64,000 bases of DNA, taken from NCBI GenBank assembly GCA_045114065.1, contig JBGUJU010000099.1, positions 9,579 through 73,578 on the forward strand, written 5' to 3'. The stretch is from Sodaliphilus sp. (GTDB taxonomy: Bacteria > Bacteroidota > Bacteroidia > Bacteroidales > Muribaculaceae). Both the position numbers and the translations under genes were made by a program. Under the pieces are notes generated by a model that saw only the letters and a program-made list of their open reading frames with translations, did no database searches and had not been told where the DNA came from. This document shows positions 27,094 through 36,074 of the stretch, in pieces. Position 1 is the first letter of the stretch. Every line of letters begins with the position of its first letter.

Positions 27094-28122
27094 TTAAAAA
27101 AACGCTCTCTGAATCATTCCCCACAGCCACTGCCGAACCTGATCGACCAGGAACGCCACAGCAAACAGAGCAATAATTGACAACGTTATTATGATTGAAA
27201 AATAACCAATGCTATTGTTAAAGAACAAGTCGTTGCAGAACGGCTTCATGTAGGGCTTCGCAATTAACGGGTCTCCATGAATCAAAAACACAGCAAAGCT
27301 AGATGCGCCTACAAGATTAACAGCCTTGGACTTGAAATCAAGTTTTGTGAAAAATAATGACAGATAAATTGAAGCAATAATGATAAGTGGCGCATTGTAA
27401 TGATATAAAAAAACCCTATTGGCTTTACACCACATAGCTGGCCACGTCACTGCCAATATCAAAATCAGTAATGCTGTACCTACAGTAATCAACAGATAAA
27501 TGGACAGATCACGCCACTTGTCAAAAGCAAAGCATTTCCCTCCATATATCCTAATGTAACGAGCTACCAAATAAATAAAACTGAGATGGAATAAACTGTA
27601 TCCATATCCAGTCTTCATATAATCTATTCCCCACCCGAACACTACATTTAAAAAAGCATACACGAGAAGGACCGTTTTAGCAGAATCTTTTCCTGCTTTT
27701 TCAATGAAAACGTTTAATATCGGGGATAATAGGAATAATGCTAAATAGACCTTTACGAACCAAAAGTTTGCCAAAAAATTGGCATGCTGCAGGAAACCCT
27801 TTACACTAAATTGAACAAGCCCAAGTGCCCAATTAATAAAATAGATAAGTGTACTATAAAAAAGTAACTGGAATACCAGGTTTGCAAGGCCTCTCTTGGT
27901 CAATTTGATGGAGAACCATCCCGAAATGAACACAAAACAATTGATACAGACTACGGACAACGATTCAACCAGATACTGCATGAATGCTCTTACCGGCTCG
28001 TCAGCACACATCCGCATGGTTGGCTCCCCCAATGCCCAATAATTAGTATGGCACATCACCACCATCGCCATCGCAATGATGCGCAGGAGTTCCATGTTGG
28101 ATTGCCGTACCTTAATCTTCAT
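27094..28122 (-). CDS. Membrane O-acyltransferase (acyltransferase-3 family)
   Basis: NMELLRIIAMAMVVMCHTNYW motif and ~10 TM helices. Strongly AT-rich. Confidence 0.8.
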   Translation of the reverse strand: MKIKVRQSNMELLRIIAMAMVVMCHTNYWALGEPTMRMCADEPVRAFMQYLVESLSVVCINCFVFISGWFSIKLTKRGLANLVFQLLFYSTLIYFINWALGLVQFSVKGFLQHANFLANFWFVKVYLALFLLSPILNVFIEKAGKDSAKTVLLVYAFLNVVFGWGIDYMKTGYGYSLFHLSFIYLVARYIRIYGGKCFAFDKWRDLSIYLLITVGTALLILILAVTWPAMWCKANRVFLYHYNAPLIIIASIYLSLFFTKLDFKSKAVNLVGASSFAVFLIHGDPLIAKPYMKPFCNDLFFNNSIGYFSIIITLSIIALFAVAFLVDQVRQWLWGMIQRAFF

Positions 28123-28178
28123 TAGTTTATGGAGAATTCAATCGATGGACAGTTACAAAAAACATCAGATGCACATCA

Positions 28179-29024
28179 TCATTTCCATCGTGCATTGATT
28201 GTCTTACCGTTGTTGCAAGTGATGACCTGGCCTGAAATACAACTTGAAGCATCCGAGAGCAGAAAGACTGCCGTTTCAGCAACTTCTTCGGGCAGATAGA
28301 CTCTACCGTTGGGATTGAACGGACAATTGATGTTGTCCTCGGTATAATGCGACATATTAGTTGCTGTCACCCCTGGAGCAATAGCATTTACCCTAATACC
28401 TTTCTTAATATATTCATAAGCTAGTCCCTGTACCAGACTGTTAATCGCAGCCTTGGTCAATCCATAGGGTCTGATGTCTGCCATGTCACCCGTTTCAGAA
28501 GAAATAAAGATGACATGTCCCTTGACACCATTCTTTTCCATATGAGTCACCACTCGTTGAGTCAGGAAAAACGGACCACGGAAATTAGTATTAAACTGCC
28601 TATCAAAGCCCTCAATTGTAACACGACTGAAAGCCTTCTCATGCAGCGAGATGCCCGCATTGTTCACAAGACAGTCTATATTCCCCAGTTTTTTCTTCGC
28701 CTGATCAACAAACTCATCAAATGTCTCCACTTGGGTCAAGTCCAAGACCAACGCTTCGCATCCCAGTTGAGCCGCAATATGTTCTAGCTTTTCCTTGCTC
28801 CGGGCAGCTATCAACACATTGGCTCCTTCGGCAACAAATCGCTTAGCCATTGCCTGCCCGATGCCACTAGTGCCTCCTGTAACAACGATTCGCTTCCCTT
28901 TCAAACGTTGACCAGGCTGGATAAATGAAATATCAGCCTTTACAACCTGGTTATGCTTGATATAGTTCTTGATTTTTTTTGAAAAAGGTAGTTTCATTCG
29001 AGAATAAACAAGATTTATTGGCAA
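28179..29024 (-). CDS. Short-chain dehydrogenase/reductase (SDR)
   Basis: VTGGTSGIGQAMAKRF (TGxxxGxG), NNAG, and a YxxxK-type region (YGLTKAAINSL). There is an unusual ~45-aa N-terminal extension; an alternative start is at 28997. Confidence 0.85.
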   Translation of the reverse strand: MPINLVYSRMKLPFSKKIKNYIKHNQVVKADISFIQPGQRLKGKRIVVTGGTSGIGQAMAKRFVAEGANVLIAARSKEKLEHIAAQLGCEALVLDLTQVETFDEFVDQAKKKLGNIDCLVNNAGISLHEKAFSRVTIEGFDRQFNTNFRGPFFLTQRVVTHMEKNGVKGHVIFISSETGDMADIRPYGLTKAAINSLVQGLAYEYIKKGIRVNAIAPGVTATNMSHYTEDNINCPFNPNGRVYLPEEVAETAVFLLSDASSCISGQVITCNNGKTINARWK

Positions 29025-29101
29025 TTGCCCTATCTAAAACTAACACTTAAAATCTATTAATGAGACTTACGTATCCCCAATTCATATCAGTGCTACTTGA
29101 A

Positions 29102-30325
29102 TTATACAGGGTAATGGCGCTCTGGATTAGTTTTGCCCCTTTGAAGAACCCATTTCCCTAATCTGATTATTGCCTGTTTTGTAATCTGTGGAGACATATA
29201 TAACCACGCAACAATCAACGAAGGCATAGGAAAGTTCATTCTTTTTGCCAACTGGCAATTGTCATGCGCATAAATATCTGTTTTCTTGTGCACTACAGTA
29301 TAGCACTTGTAAGCAAATCTGTTTTTACTGTATCTCTCTAAATTGAATAAATCACGAACATCATCCAATCGATTAAGGATGTCTAGGGTCAAGAGGGTCC
29401 GCTTGCACTTATGACAAGCAGAACAGTTATCGGCTGTCGTCCTCATGCTGACGCAGACATTCAGATACCTCTTGAACGGCGGATAGTTGAGCAAACGCTG
29501 AGTTTTCTCACTACGACGGTATTGAGTACCATCAACAATGATATCAAGTGTCTCTGTTTCTGTTAGATAGTCATTGCACATATCGGTTATTGAGGCATAA
29601 TCGGCTGCTGTCATATGTACAATCTCCCAATAGGAATAGTCATAGGCAACATAGTACTTATCAAGCACTTTCTCAAACACCAATATACCCGTACTGCGAC
29701 ATAACACACCTGCATCATATTCCCATTCAAACTCATAGAATTCAAAAAGATTTGAATCCATCGGGACGAACGGAAGCCCTAACTCTTGTGCCAGAGGCAA
29801 TAGGTACTCATAACGTGTATAGAACTTTTTACGTGCCCTTTCACCACCGCCTCCATGCGAACCCACATTGAAGAAGAACAGTGCTGATAGCTTGAAATTG
29901 GGCTTTTGCTCCAACTCAAACCTATCATATAACGTTGAGAAAGCATCAATTCCCGCCGAGAATCCTGTTCCCACAAGATGTCCCGTCTTTCGCGTATTGG
30001 CAAAACCTTTAACGGTTATATTGATTTCGGCCAAGTAATCCAGATAGGCCCGTTCACAATTCTGCACATAATGTGTAAGGCTATCATAGAGTCTCTCGGA
30101 TACACAGCCATCAATGACGAGATCTTCCTTATAATACATAGCAGGAAATAGCATGGCTACCATGAAGGCATCATAGACGTCGTCGGTGAGCCAATCGCCA
30201 AATTCATCAGGAACAGAGAACCATAACTGTTTAGCCGTGGAGAACGAGCAATCGATGTCACACACGATGCGGCACTCCTTGGTTTGAGGCAACTGTTCTT
30301 TTCTAAGGTTTGATACTCGTATCAT
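29102..30325 (-). CDS. Hypothetical protein of the polysaccharide module
   Basis: 407-aa ORF, translationally coupled to the flippase gene by an ATGA overlap. It has a weak PP-loop-like segment (GTGFSAGIDAFS) and a C-terminal Cys cluster (CVSMRTTADNCSACHKCKRT). I recognise no family. Confidence 0.6.
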   Translation of the reverse strand: MIRVSNLRKEQLPQTKECRIVCDIDCSFSTAKQLWFSVPDEFGDWLTDDVYDAFMVAMLFPAMYYKEDLVIDGCVSERLYDSLTHYVQNCERAYLDYLAEINITVKGFANTRKTGHLVGTGFSAGIDAFSTLYDRFELEQKPNFKLSALFFFNVGSHGGGGERARKKFYTRYEYLLPLAQELGLPFVPMDSNLFEFYEFEWEYDAGVLCRSTGILVFEKVLDKYYVAYDYSYWEIVHMTAADYASITDMCNDYLTETETLDIIVDGTQYRRSEKTQRLLNYPPFKRYLNVCVSMRTTADNCSACHKCKRTLLTLDILNRLDDVRDLFNLERYSKNRFAYKCYTVVHKKTDIYAHDNCQLAKRMNFPMPSLIVAWLYMSPQITKQAIIRLGKWVLQRGKTNPERHYPV

Positions 30326-31932
30326 GATCGTGATATATTAAATTTCTCCTTGAGTGATTTTGTTACAAACTCCCGTTCATTCCTGTTGAAACCATAGTAC
30401 CAGATAAACGGTAACATCAAGGCCTCAAATACGATAGTGAATCCTATCAGTTTCAAGAACGAGTCATTGTGGACAAAGTATTGATATACAATGGATATTA
30501 TGCCGCCATACAGCAACGTAGGCACAATTGTTGTGACGAACATTCGCAAATAGGAACGTTTGTCAAAATCAAACAACTTGCAGCACTGCTGGGCAAGTAA
30601 AAACAAAACCGCAATCTTGAAGATAATCGCCAGAACAAATCCAGACTCAGGCGACAAACCCACCTTAAATGCAAGATAGGTGCAAGTGATATTGACAAAA
30701 TACAGAATCGTCAAGACGATTTCATAGACCTTGATCTTTTTGGTTGCCAGCACTGCAGTATATAATGGCGTTGTGAAGCAATCAATAAACGTATACAACA
30801 AGATAAGGTTGGCAAAGTTAACAGCGTGATCTGGAACCTCAACAAGCCATGCGTCAAGAAGCACTCTAGTGTTATTGATCATGGGAAAAATCAGCACTAC
30901 CATCAGGAAAAAAGAGAACTTGGTGCTCTTCACAATCAAGCCATTCAATCTACTGATATCATCTGATGCATAGGATTTTGTGATCTGTGGTTGTACTGCC
31001 GTCGTGAAACCACCGATGAAACGGGTCACCACTGAGCTGACCTGGAATCCTACACCGTGAGCTGCATTCACTACTGGACCAAAGAACATGTTCAACAGCA
31101 TAATAACACCCTGGTCCTTGACAACTACTGCTGCATTGCCCCAAAACGTCCACCCGATAAATACTGAGATATCCTTTACTACCCCTCTATTGAGTTTAGG
31201 TGCTGTCTTACATTCAGGGAACTTCCTCATGCAGTACACAACGTATATCACCTGATAAAGGATTCCAGTTCCCAGACCCAGGAGTGCATAAAACACCAGT
31301 CTGTCAATGGGGGAGATGTAGAGCAGATAAACTATCATCAGCTTGACGAAAACGTCAAGAATGCTCATGTAGGCAAATGCCGACATCTTCTCATGAGAAA
31401 TGACAGATGCGCCATAAGGAACATTCAGCAGGGATATCGAGAACGAGATAATCGAGCAGTGAAGAGCACATTTGGCTGCAAACATCCTTTCAGGTGGTAT
31501 TGTCAACTTGGTTTTGAGAAACCAGATTGCCAATATCTCACATATCACAAAGATTGATATGGCAAGAATAATATGGATGGCACGTACTGTAGCAAACGTC
31601 TTCTTGAGCTCTTCATAATTACCCGTTCCCAGGGCATAAGTCAGAAAACGACTCGTCGATACCGAGAGGGATCCGGACAAAATGCCGAACATTCCCACAA
31701 GGCCGGCAACGACCTGATTGATACCAAAATCCACAATGCCCAGGGCATCCAGCACGAGACGGCTCGTGTACAAGGAGACAGCCATCACGACAATCATACG
31801 CAGATAAAGCAACAACGTGTTCTTTACTATGCGACGATTGTTATCTTGATACCCACCGGTCACTGGTACAGACTGAGCACCAGATGTGGATTCATTTTCT
31901 TGGTTGTTATTTATATTATTGTCCTCAGACAT
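30322..31932 (-). CDS. Wzx-type oligosaccharide flippase (MOP/polysaccharide-biosynthesis family)
   Basis: 536 aa with ~14 TM helices and a hydrophilic N-terminus. Located directly after a UpxY-like gene. Confidence 0.8.
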   Translation of the reverse strand: MSEDNNINNNQENESTSGAQSVPVTGGYQDNNRRIVKNTLLLYLRMIVVMAVSLYTSRLVLDALGIVDFGINQVVAGLVGMFGILSGSLSVSTSRFLTYALGTGNYEELKKTFATVRAIHIILAISIFVICEILAIWFLKTKLTIPPERMFAAKCALHCSIISFSISLLNVPYGASVISHEKMSAFAYMSILDVFVKLMIVYLLYISPIDRLVFYALLGLGTGILYQVIYVVYCMRKFPECKTAPKLNRGVVKDISVFIGWTFWGNAAVVVKDQGVIMLLNMFFGPVVNAAHGVGFQVSSVVTRFIGGFTTAVQPQITKSYASDDISRLNGLIVKSTKFSFFLMVVLIFPMINNTRVLLDAWLVEVPDHAVNFANLILLYTFIDCFTTPLYTAVLATKKIKVYEIVLTILYFVNITCTYLAFKVGLSPESGFVLAIIFKIAVLFLLAQQCCKLFDFDKRSYLRMFVTTIVPTLLYGGIISIVYQYFVHNDSFLKLIGFTIVFEALMLPFIWYYGFNRNEREFVTKSLKEKFNISRS

Positions 31933-31981
31933 TGGTCTATCGTTAGATGATTGTCAATACATCTCAAACTACGTCTGCCGT

Positions 31982-33013
31982 TCAAGATGCTGTCGTTGAA
32001 AAGGTGGAGAGGGTATTGACTACGAGGGGGCGCTTGCGGTCGTGGGGGGTAATCGTCCAGGTGGAAACGATGGACTGGGCCTGATTGCGCAAGGTCTCGT
32101 CGCCAGTGGCAGCAAACATGAAGGCGAGCTGCCAGGCACGTTGTGTGTCACTCTTGACTCGAGGCAGGATATCCCTGCAGCGAGCGTCCCATTTGGCGAC
32201 ATGCTCACGATCGCCGAGGGCAGCATAGCTCATGAGCATCAACGTGGCGTGCTGACTTGCGATATTGACAGTTGCCGGCTTCAGAGCTTCAAAGCGTCCG
32301 GTAAAAACTGTCATGGCTGCGATATCATCGGTCGTCAACCCACGATCATTCCCCTTATTCCTCGCATGATGCAAAGCTTGGATGACACGAGGCATGTGGG
32401 ACTCAAACTGACGATAAGGATGCCTGTTCCCCTTGCCAAACTGCAGGATGCGTATGTATTGCGGTCCGATGTCGGGCGTAGCGACCAGGAACAGATTTCC
32501 TATCGCCATGAGCACCTTACCACCATTGCGCCCCTGGCTGCACTGCAGTGTCCCGCACATGCCGTCAAAGTCTCCTCCGACAATCTCTACCTTGTCCCCC
32601 TCCTCCAAATCGACACTATCCAGGGGATAACAAGGCAGCTCGTTGGCATAAGCACGTGCGATGGACATAAAGATGGCCATATCTCCATCGCTGATGGTCA
32701 TGAAACGATGCTTGTCCTGGTTGCGGTCGGGGTGCGGCAACAGCCACAGTGACGACATCATCGCCTTGATCTCCAAGATACTGGAATAGGTATCACGCAC
32801 GAACACATAATTCCCCACCAACTTCCTGCGCCTGACCGCGGGAGTACCAAACATGGACGTGCGCTCAACACAGGTAGGAAGGAAATACTCCACTTGGGGT
32901 TCACCATGCCGACGCCTCAATGCCGAGAAAGCATCAAACTGCCTTTCAAGGCTGCGGATGCTGTCCTTGGCACTCAAGACATACCATTGCTTGGTTTCTG
33001 CCTCTTTAATCAT
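31982..33013 (-). CDS. UpxY-like (NusG/NGN-KOW) transcription antiterminator with a ~170-aa C-terminal extension
   Basis: NGN-like start KQWYVLSAK..VEYFLPTCVE..LVGNYVFVRD. KOW-like GDKVEIVGGDFDGMCGTLQ. It is first in the polysaccharide operon. The start is set at MIKEAET. Confidence 0.7.
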   Translation of the reverse strand: MIKEAETKQWYVLSAKDSIRSLERQFDAFSALRRRHGEPQVEYFLPTCVERTSMFGTPAVRRRKLVGNYVFVRDTYSSILEIKAMMSSLWLLPHPDRNQDKHRFMTISDGDMAIFMSIARAYANELPCYPLDSVDLEEGDKVEIVGGDFDGMCGTLQCSQGRNGGKVLMAIGNLFLVATPDIGPQYIRILQFGKGNRHPYRQFESHMPRVIQALHHARNKGNDRGLTTDDIAAMTVFTGRFEALKPATVNIASQHATLMLMSYAALGDREHVAKWDARCRDILPRVKSDTQRAWQLAFMFAATGDETLRNQAQSIVSTWTITPHDRKRPLVVNTLSTFSTTAS

Positions 33014-33089
33014 TATTTGGAAAACAAAACCATGACAAGAAACACGTAATTCCTTATCACACAACAAATTAAAGTCAAATTTATAACCT

Positions 33090-33225
33090 ACTTGGGAAAA
33101 TTTGACGCATTTTCCAATCTTTTTTCTCGCCCTCTGCTTGTCACAACACGCAGCAGGACTAATCGCAACAAAGGTAACAACAGTCAGCGAGATGGCAAAA
33201 TATTTTTAACATTATTTTCCCAAGT
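33090..33225. promoter_or_regulatory. 112-bp segment flanked by a perfect 12-bp inverted repeat and containing a -7 box; candidate invertible promoter
   Basis: acttgggaaaat (33090-33101) and attttcccaagt (33214-33225). The minus-strand -7 box tacctttg (33169-33176) points toward the upxY-like gene. Confidence 0.4.
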
Positions 33226-33284
33226 TGACGTGTGCCGTCTATCTGACAGAAACCTTACTCTATTGCATTCCAATGAATTAACCA

Positions 33285-33328
33285 CAAGAGAGACCGCACC
33301 AGGAACTGTCCTGATGCGGTCTCTCTTG
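33285..33328 (-). terminator. 14-bp-stem hairpin downstream of the first C10 gene
   Basis: Stems caagagagaccgca and tgcggtctctcttg. There is no T-run. Confidence 0.55.
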
Positions 33329-33361
33329 TATGTTAGCCCACGAGTGTGAGCTTGTTTTCTA

Positions 33362-35776
33362 TCAGTTGCCTGAGAGCAGAGAATCGATCAACCAGGTCAC
33401 ATCATCGATGGAGATCCTGCCATCGCCATTGACATCTGCAGTCTCGAGATCAAGAGCGGTATCTGACAACATAGCGTTTACCAGATCGGCCACATCCGCA
33501 ATGTCAACTCGACCATCACCATTCACGTCGCCCTTAATACCCTGACCTTCATGGAGAACAACCTCCTTGGTATTACTCCAGAGACTTGAAGTGCCATTGA
33601 CATAATATGCCTTTACGCGATAGAGATAGGGAGCGCCAGGCGTGAGACCAGTAACGGTATAGAACTTGTCGGGAGTGATGCCCTCAATGAGGCTATATTC
33701 AGCATCACCATTCACGATCGGAGCTTTGAGCATGAAGGGATCAGGATCTGTGATCTCACCACCGTAAATCTTGATGCTCTGGATCTCGGGGTAGTAACCT
33801 GCGATAATCTTGACAAATCCCTCGTCACCTACCGAGAGAACTACCAGATAAGTGTTAACTTCCTTGGCCAGCATGAGGGTCCTTGTTTCCTGATCGGTAG
33901 TAATAGTCAGCGTAGTGTTCGTTCCCTTGGAATAGGCCTTGGCCCTGATGATGACACTCACCTTGCTGAAGCCTGTCAGGTCGCAATTGGGAAGGAGTTC
34001 GTCATTGCGGCTGGCCGAGATGAAACCGCCATCAAGATAGAAGCGGGCTCCGTTGAAGCTCCAACCCTCGGGCAGATAGTTGGCAGCATCGGCTGCATGA
34101 TTGGTATCATCCTCGGGAACGTTGCTCCAGTCGGCTTCGGTCAACAATACCACGTCGGGTTTGAGCCTTACCTCAAGGGTGTAACTGCTCACGTTCTCAA
34201 CAGGCGTATCATCGGTCCAGTCGGCACGGAACGAGGTAGCGGTCACCGTCGACTCATCAAGATCCTGCATCACGGGACGATAGAGCTCATACTCTGAAGT
34301 ACCCTCCAGGTCGATAATGACATCCTCGACACCAGCAGCGCTAACGGTGATGGTAGCATGGTAGTTACCTTCGGCCTTAGGTGCATAGGTTACTCTAACG
34401 GGCTCATCAACCTTACCATCCTCGTCGGGGGTAATGGTGGTCTTGTTCAGGACGAACACATCGTTCTCATCGTTGAGCGTCAAGGTTACCTCACCCTCGA
34501 GGTGAGAACCCTTCAACGTGAACGAACCATTCTCGGTATTGTTCTTGAAGCATGACATTGACAAGCTGGTCTTGTCGGCCCTGAGGCGCGGTATTATCAT
34601 CGACGAGGGCTGAATGCCGATAACCATCTGCTGGTACTGGTTGAAGGTCGAACCCTGACCATTGAAAGCGTTGAGAGCATAATAGTTATTGGAAGTGCCA
34701 CTCCAGCCGAAGTTGATGTGATACTTGTTGGAAGAGGCATCATAGCCATCAATATTGAAGGCATGGCCACCGCCAAAGTATCCACCAGCAACTGCACAGA
34801 ACACGATAGGACGGCCCTCAATGAGCTCCTCCTGCATGATAGCAGCCCACTCGGCATCGGTGTAGAGCGTCTGGCCACCACTATATGCACTGGTCTTCTT
34901 CACCACGCGCACTGTCTCTTCGTCATAGCCGAAGAACTTGAAGGCGTCAGCAATCAGAGAGACACTATCAACGCTCACGCCACTACCACCAGCAGCACTG
35001 GTACCGTAGGCCATGTGCTCGGCCTGACCTATATAGCGCATCAGGGTAGCCACGGCGTCGGCCTCGGCAGTTGAATAACCGCTGGTATAGGTGTCACGCA
35101 TATTATCCCAGTCAAAGGTAACGGGAGGCAAGGCAGCCACATTCACCATCGAAGAACCATACCACGACGTGCTCAACTCACAGCGATAGCCAGGCACCTC
35201 GGGAGTTATATAATCAGGGAATTTCCAGTAGTAGAACACCATTGCGGCCGATGTTGCGGGGCAGCCAGTAAGACACTGATTGCCATTGATCTTACACATG
35301 TTCCAATAGGGAGCTTCCTGGTCCCACAAGGCAGTCAACAGGGGAGACACGCTCGGGATGTCGGAAGTTGCCCTCAGGGACGGGGCCTCCACTTGGAGCT
35401 CCTCATGAGCCTGCAAATATTCTATCTGTTCCTGCAGCATGGCGAGCAACGCCTTCATATTGCAGGGGATGTTGTTATAATCCAGCGGACAATCACCATA
35501 ACCCAGGATTCTCTCGCCACGGTCATCACCCGACACAACTACATAACCATTGTTGGTATTGAAGATGTAGTAAGCGGCACGGTCCATCATCTTGGAGTTC
35601 ATCTCCACATGGGCCAGTTTCATATCTCCCACAATAGGAGCATTAAGTTTACCACCATACAATTTCTGCTGAACAAACCTCTGAGCCTCGGCTTGTGCCG
35701 AATTCAAGTCAACAGGTGCAGCAGTGGCCTGCATAGCCGCAAATAAAAGCACTGCAAAGAATAGAATTTTTCTCAT
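33362..35776 (-). CDS. C10-family cysteine peptidase (streptopain-like) with Spi-type propeptide, Ig-like module, split Fn3 and C-terminal double dockerin repeat
   Basis: Signal peptide. Propeptide pattern (AAYYIFNTNNGYVVVSGDDRGERILGYGD). Catalytic Cys context CLTGCPATSAAMVFYYW. His context GGHAFNIDGY. HINFGWSG. C-terminus GDVNGDGRVDIADVADLVNAMLS..DVNGDGRISIDDVTWLIDSLL. Confidence 0.9.
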   Translation of the reverse strand: MRKILFFAVLLFAAMQATAAPVDLNSAQAEAQRFVQQKLYGGKLNAPIVGDMKLAHVEMNSKMMDRAAYYIFNTNNGYVVVSGDDRGERILGYGDCPLDYNNIPCNMKALLAMLQEQIEYLQAHEELQVEAPSLRATSDIPSVSPLLTALWDQEAPYWNMCKINGNQCLTGCPATSAAMVFYYWKFPDYITPEVPGYRCELSTSWYGSSMVNVAALPPVTFDWDNMRDTYTSGYSTAEADAVATLMRYIGQAEHMAYGTSAAGGSGVSVDSVSLIADAFKFFGYDEETVRVVKKTSAYSGGQTLYTDAEWAAIMQEELIEGRPIVFCAVAGGYFGGGHAFNIDGYDASSNKYHINFGWSGTSNNYYALNAFNGQGSTFNQYQQMVIGIQPSSMIIPRLRADKTSLSMSCFKNNTENGSFTLKGSHLEGEVTLTLNDENDVFVLNKTTITPDEDGKVDEPVRVTYAPKAEGNYHATITVSAAGVEDVIIDLEGTSEYELYRPVMQDLDESTVTATSFRADWTDDTPVENVSSYTLEVRLKPDVVLLTEADWSNVPEDDTNHAADAANYLPEGWSFNGARFYLDGGFISASRNDELLPNCDLTGFSKVSVIIRAKAYSKGTNTTLTITTDQETRTLMLAKEVNTYLVVLSVGDEGFVKIIAGYYPEIQSIKIYGGEITDPDPFMLKAPIVNGDAEYSLIEGITPDKFYTVTGLTPGAPYLYRVKAYYVNGTSSLWSNTKEVVLHEGQGIKGDVNGDGRVDIADVADLVNAMLSDTALDLETADVNGDGRISIDDVTWLIDSLLSGN

Positions 35777-35824
35777 AAAACAATCAAAAAATATGTTAAT
35801 AATTTATGTACCAGGTAGTTATGT

Positions 35825-35832
35825 CAAAAATA
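35825..35832 (-). promoter_or_regulatory. -7 box TAnnTTTG (minus strand)
   Basis: Plus-strand caaaaata is tatttttg on the minus strand, ~49 nt upstream of the ATG at 35776. Confidence 0.4.
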
Positions 35833-35993
35833 ACGCCATTGCGGCATGCAATGACGCTTAAAACAATCACAAAAGTACTCCTAAAAAAGCAAATCAGCAA
35901 CAATAATTATATTAAATGTTGTAAAAATAAACCATTTTTATAATCCGTGCCGGTCTCCCAACTTACTGCAATCAATAGTAACTGAATAACATA

Positions 35994-36046
35994 GCAATAG
36001 TGACATCGCTACCTGATAAAGAAGTAACGATGTCACCATTGATTGC
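35994..36046 (-). terminator. Hairpin downstream of the second C10 gene
   Basis: Stems gtgacatcg (36000-36008) and cgatgtcac (36028-36036), with partly paired extensions. Confidence 0.45.
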
Positions 36047-36074
36047 TGCTATCCTGTCCTGTGGTTGATCAATT

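Noticed and set aside
33092-33545. Small plus-strand ORFs (33092-33349, 33330-33545) in and next to the upxY upstream region.
   Set aside because: They span a terminator hairpin and the dockerin-coding end of the C10 gene. Their composition is atypical and they have no start context. The region is better explained as regulatory.
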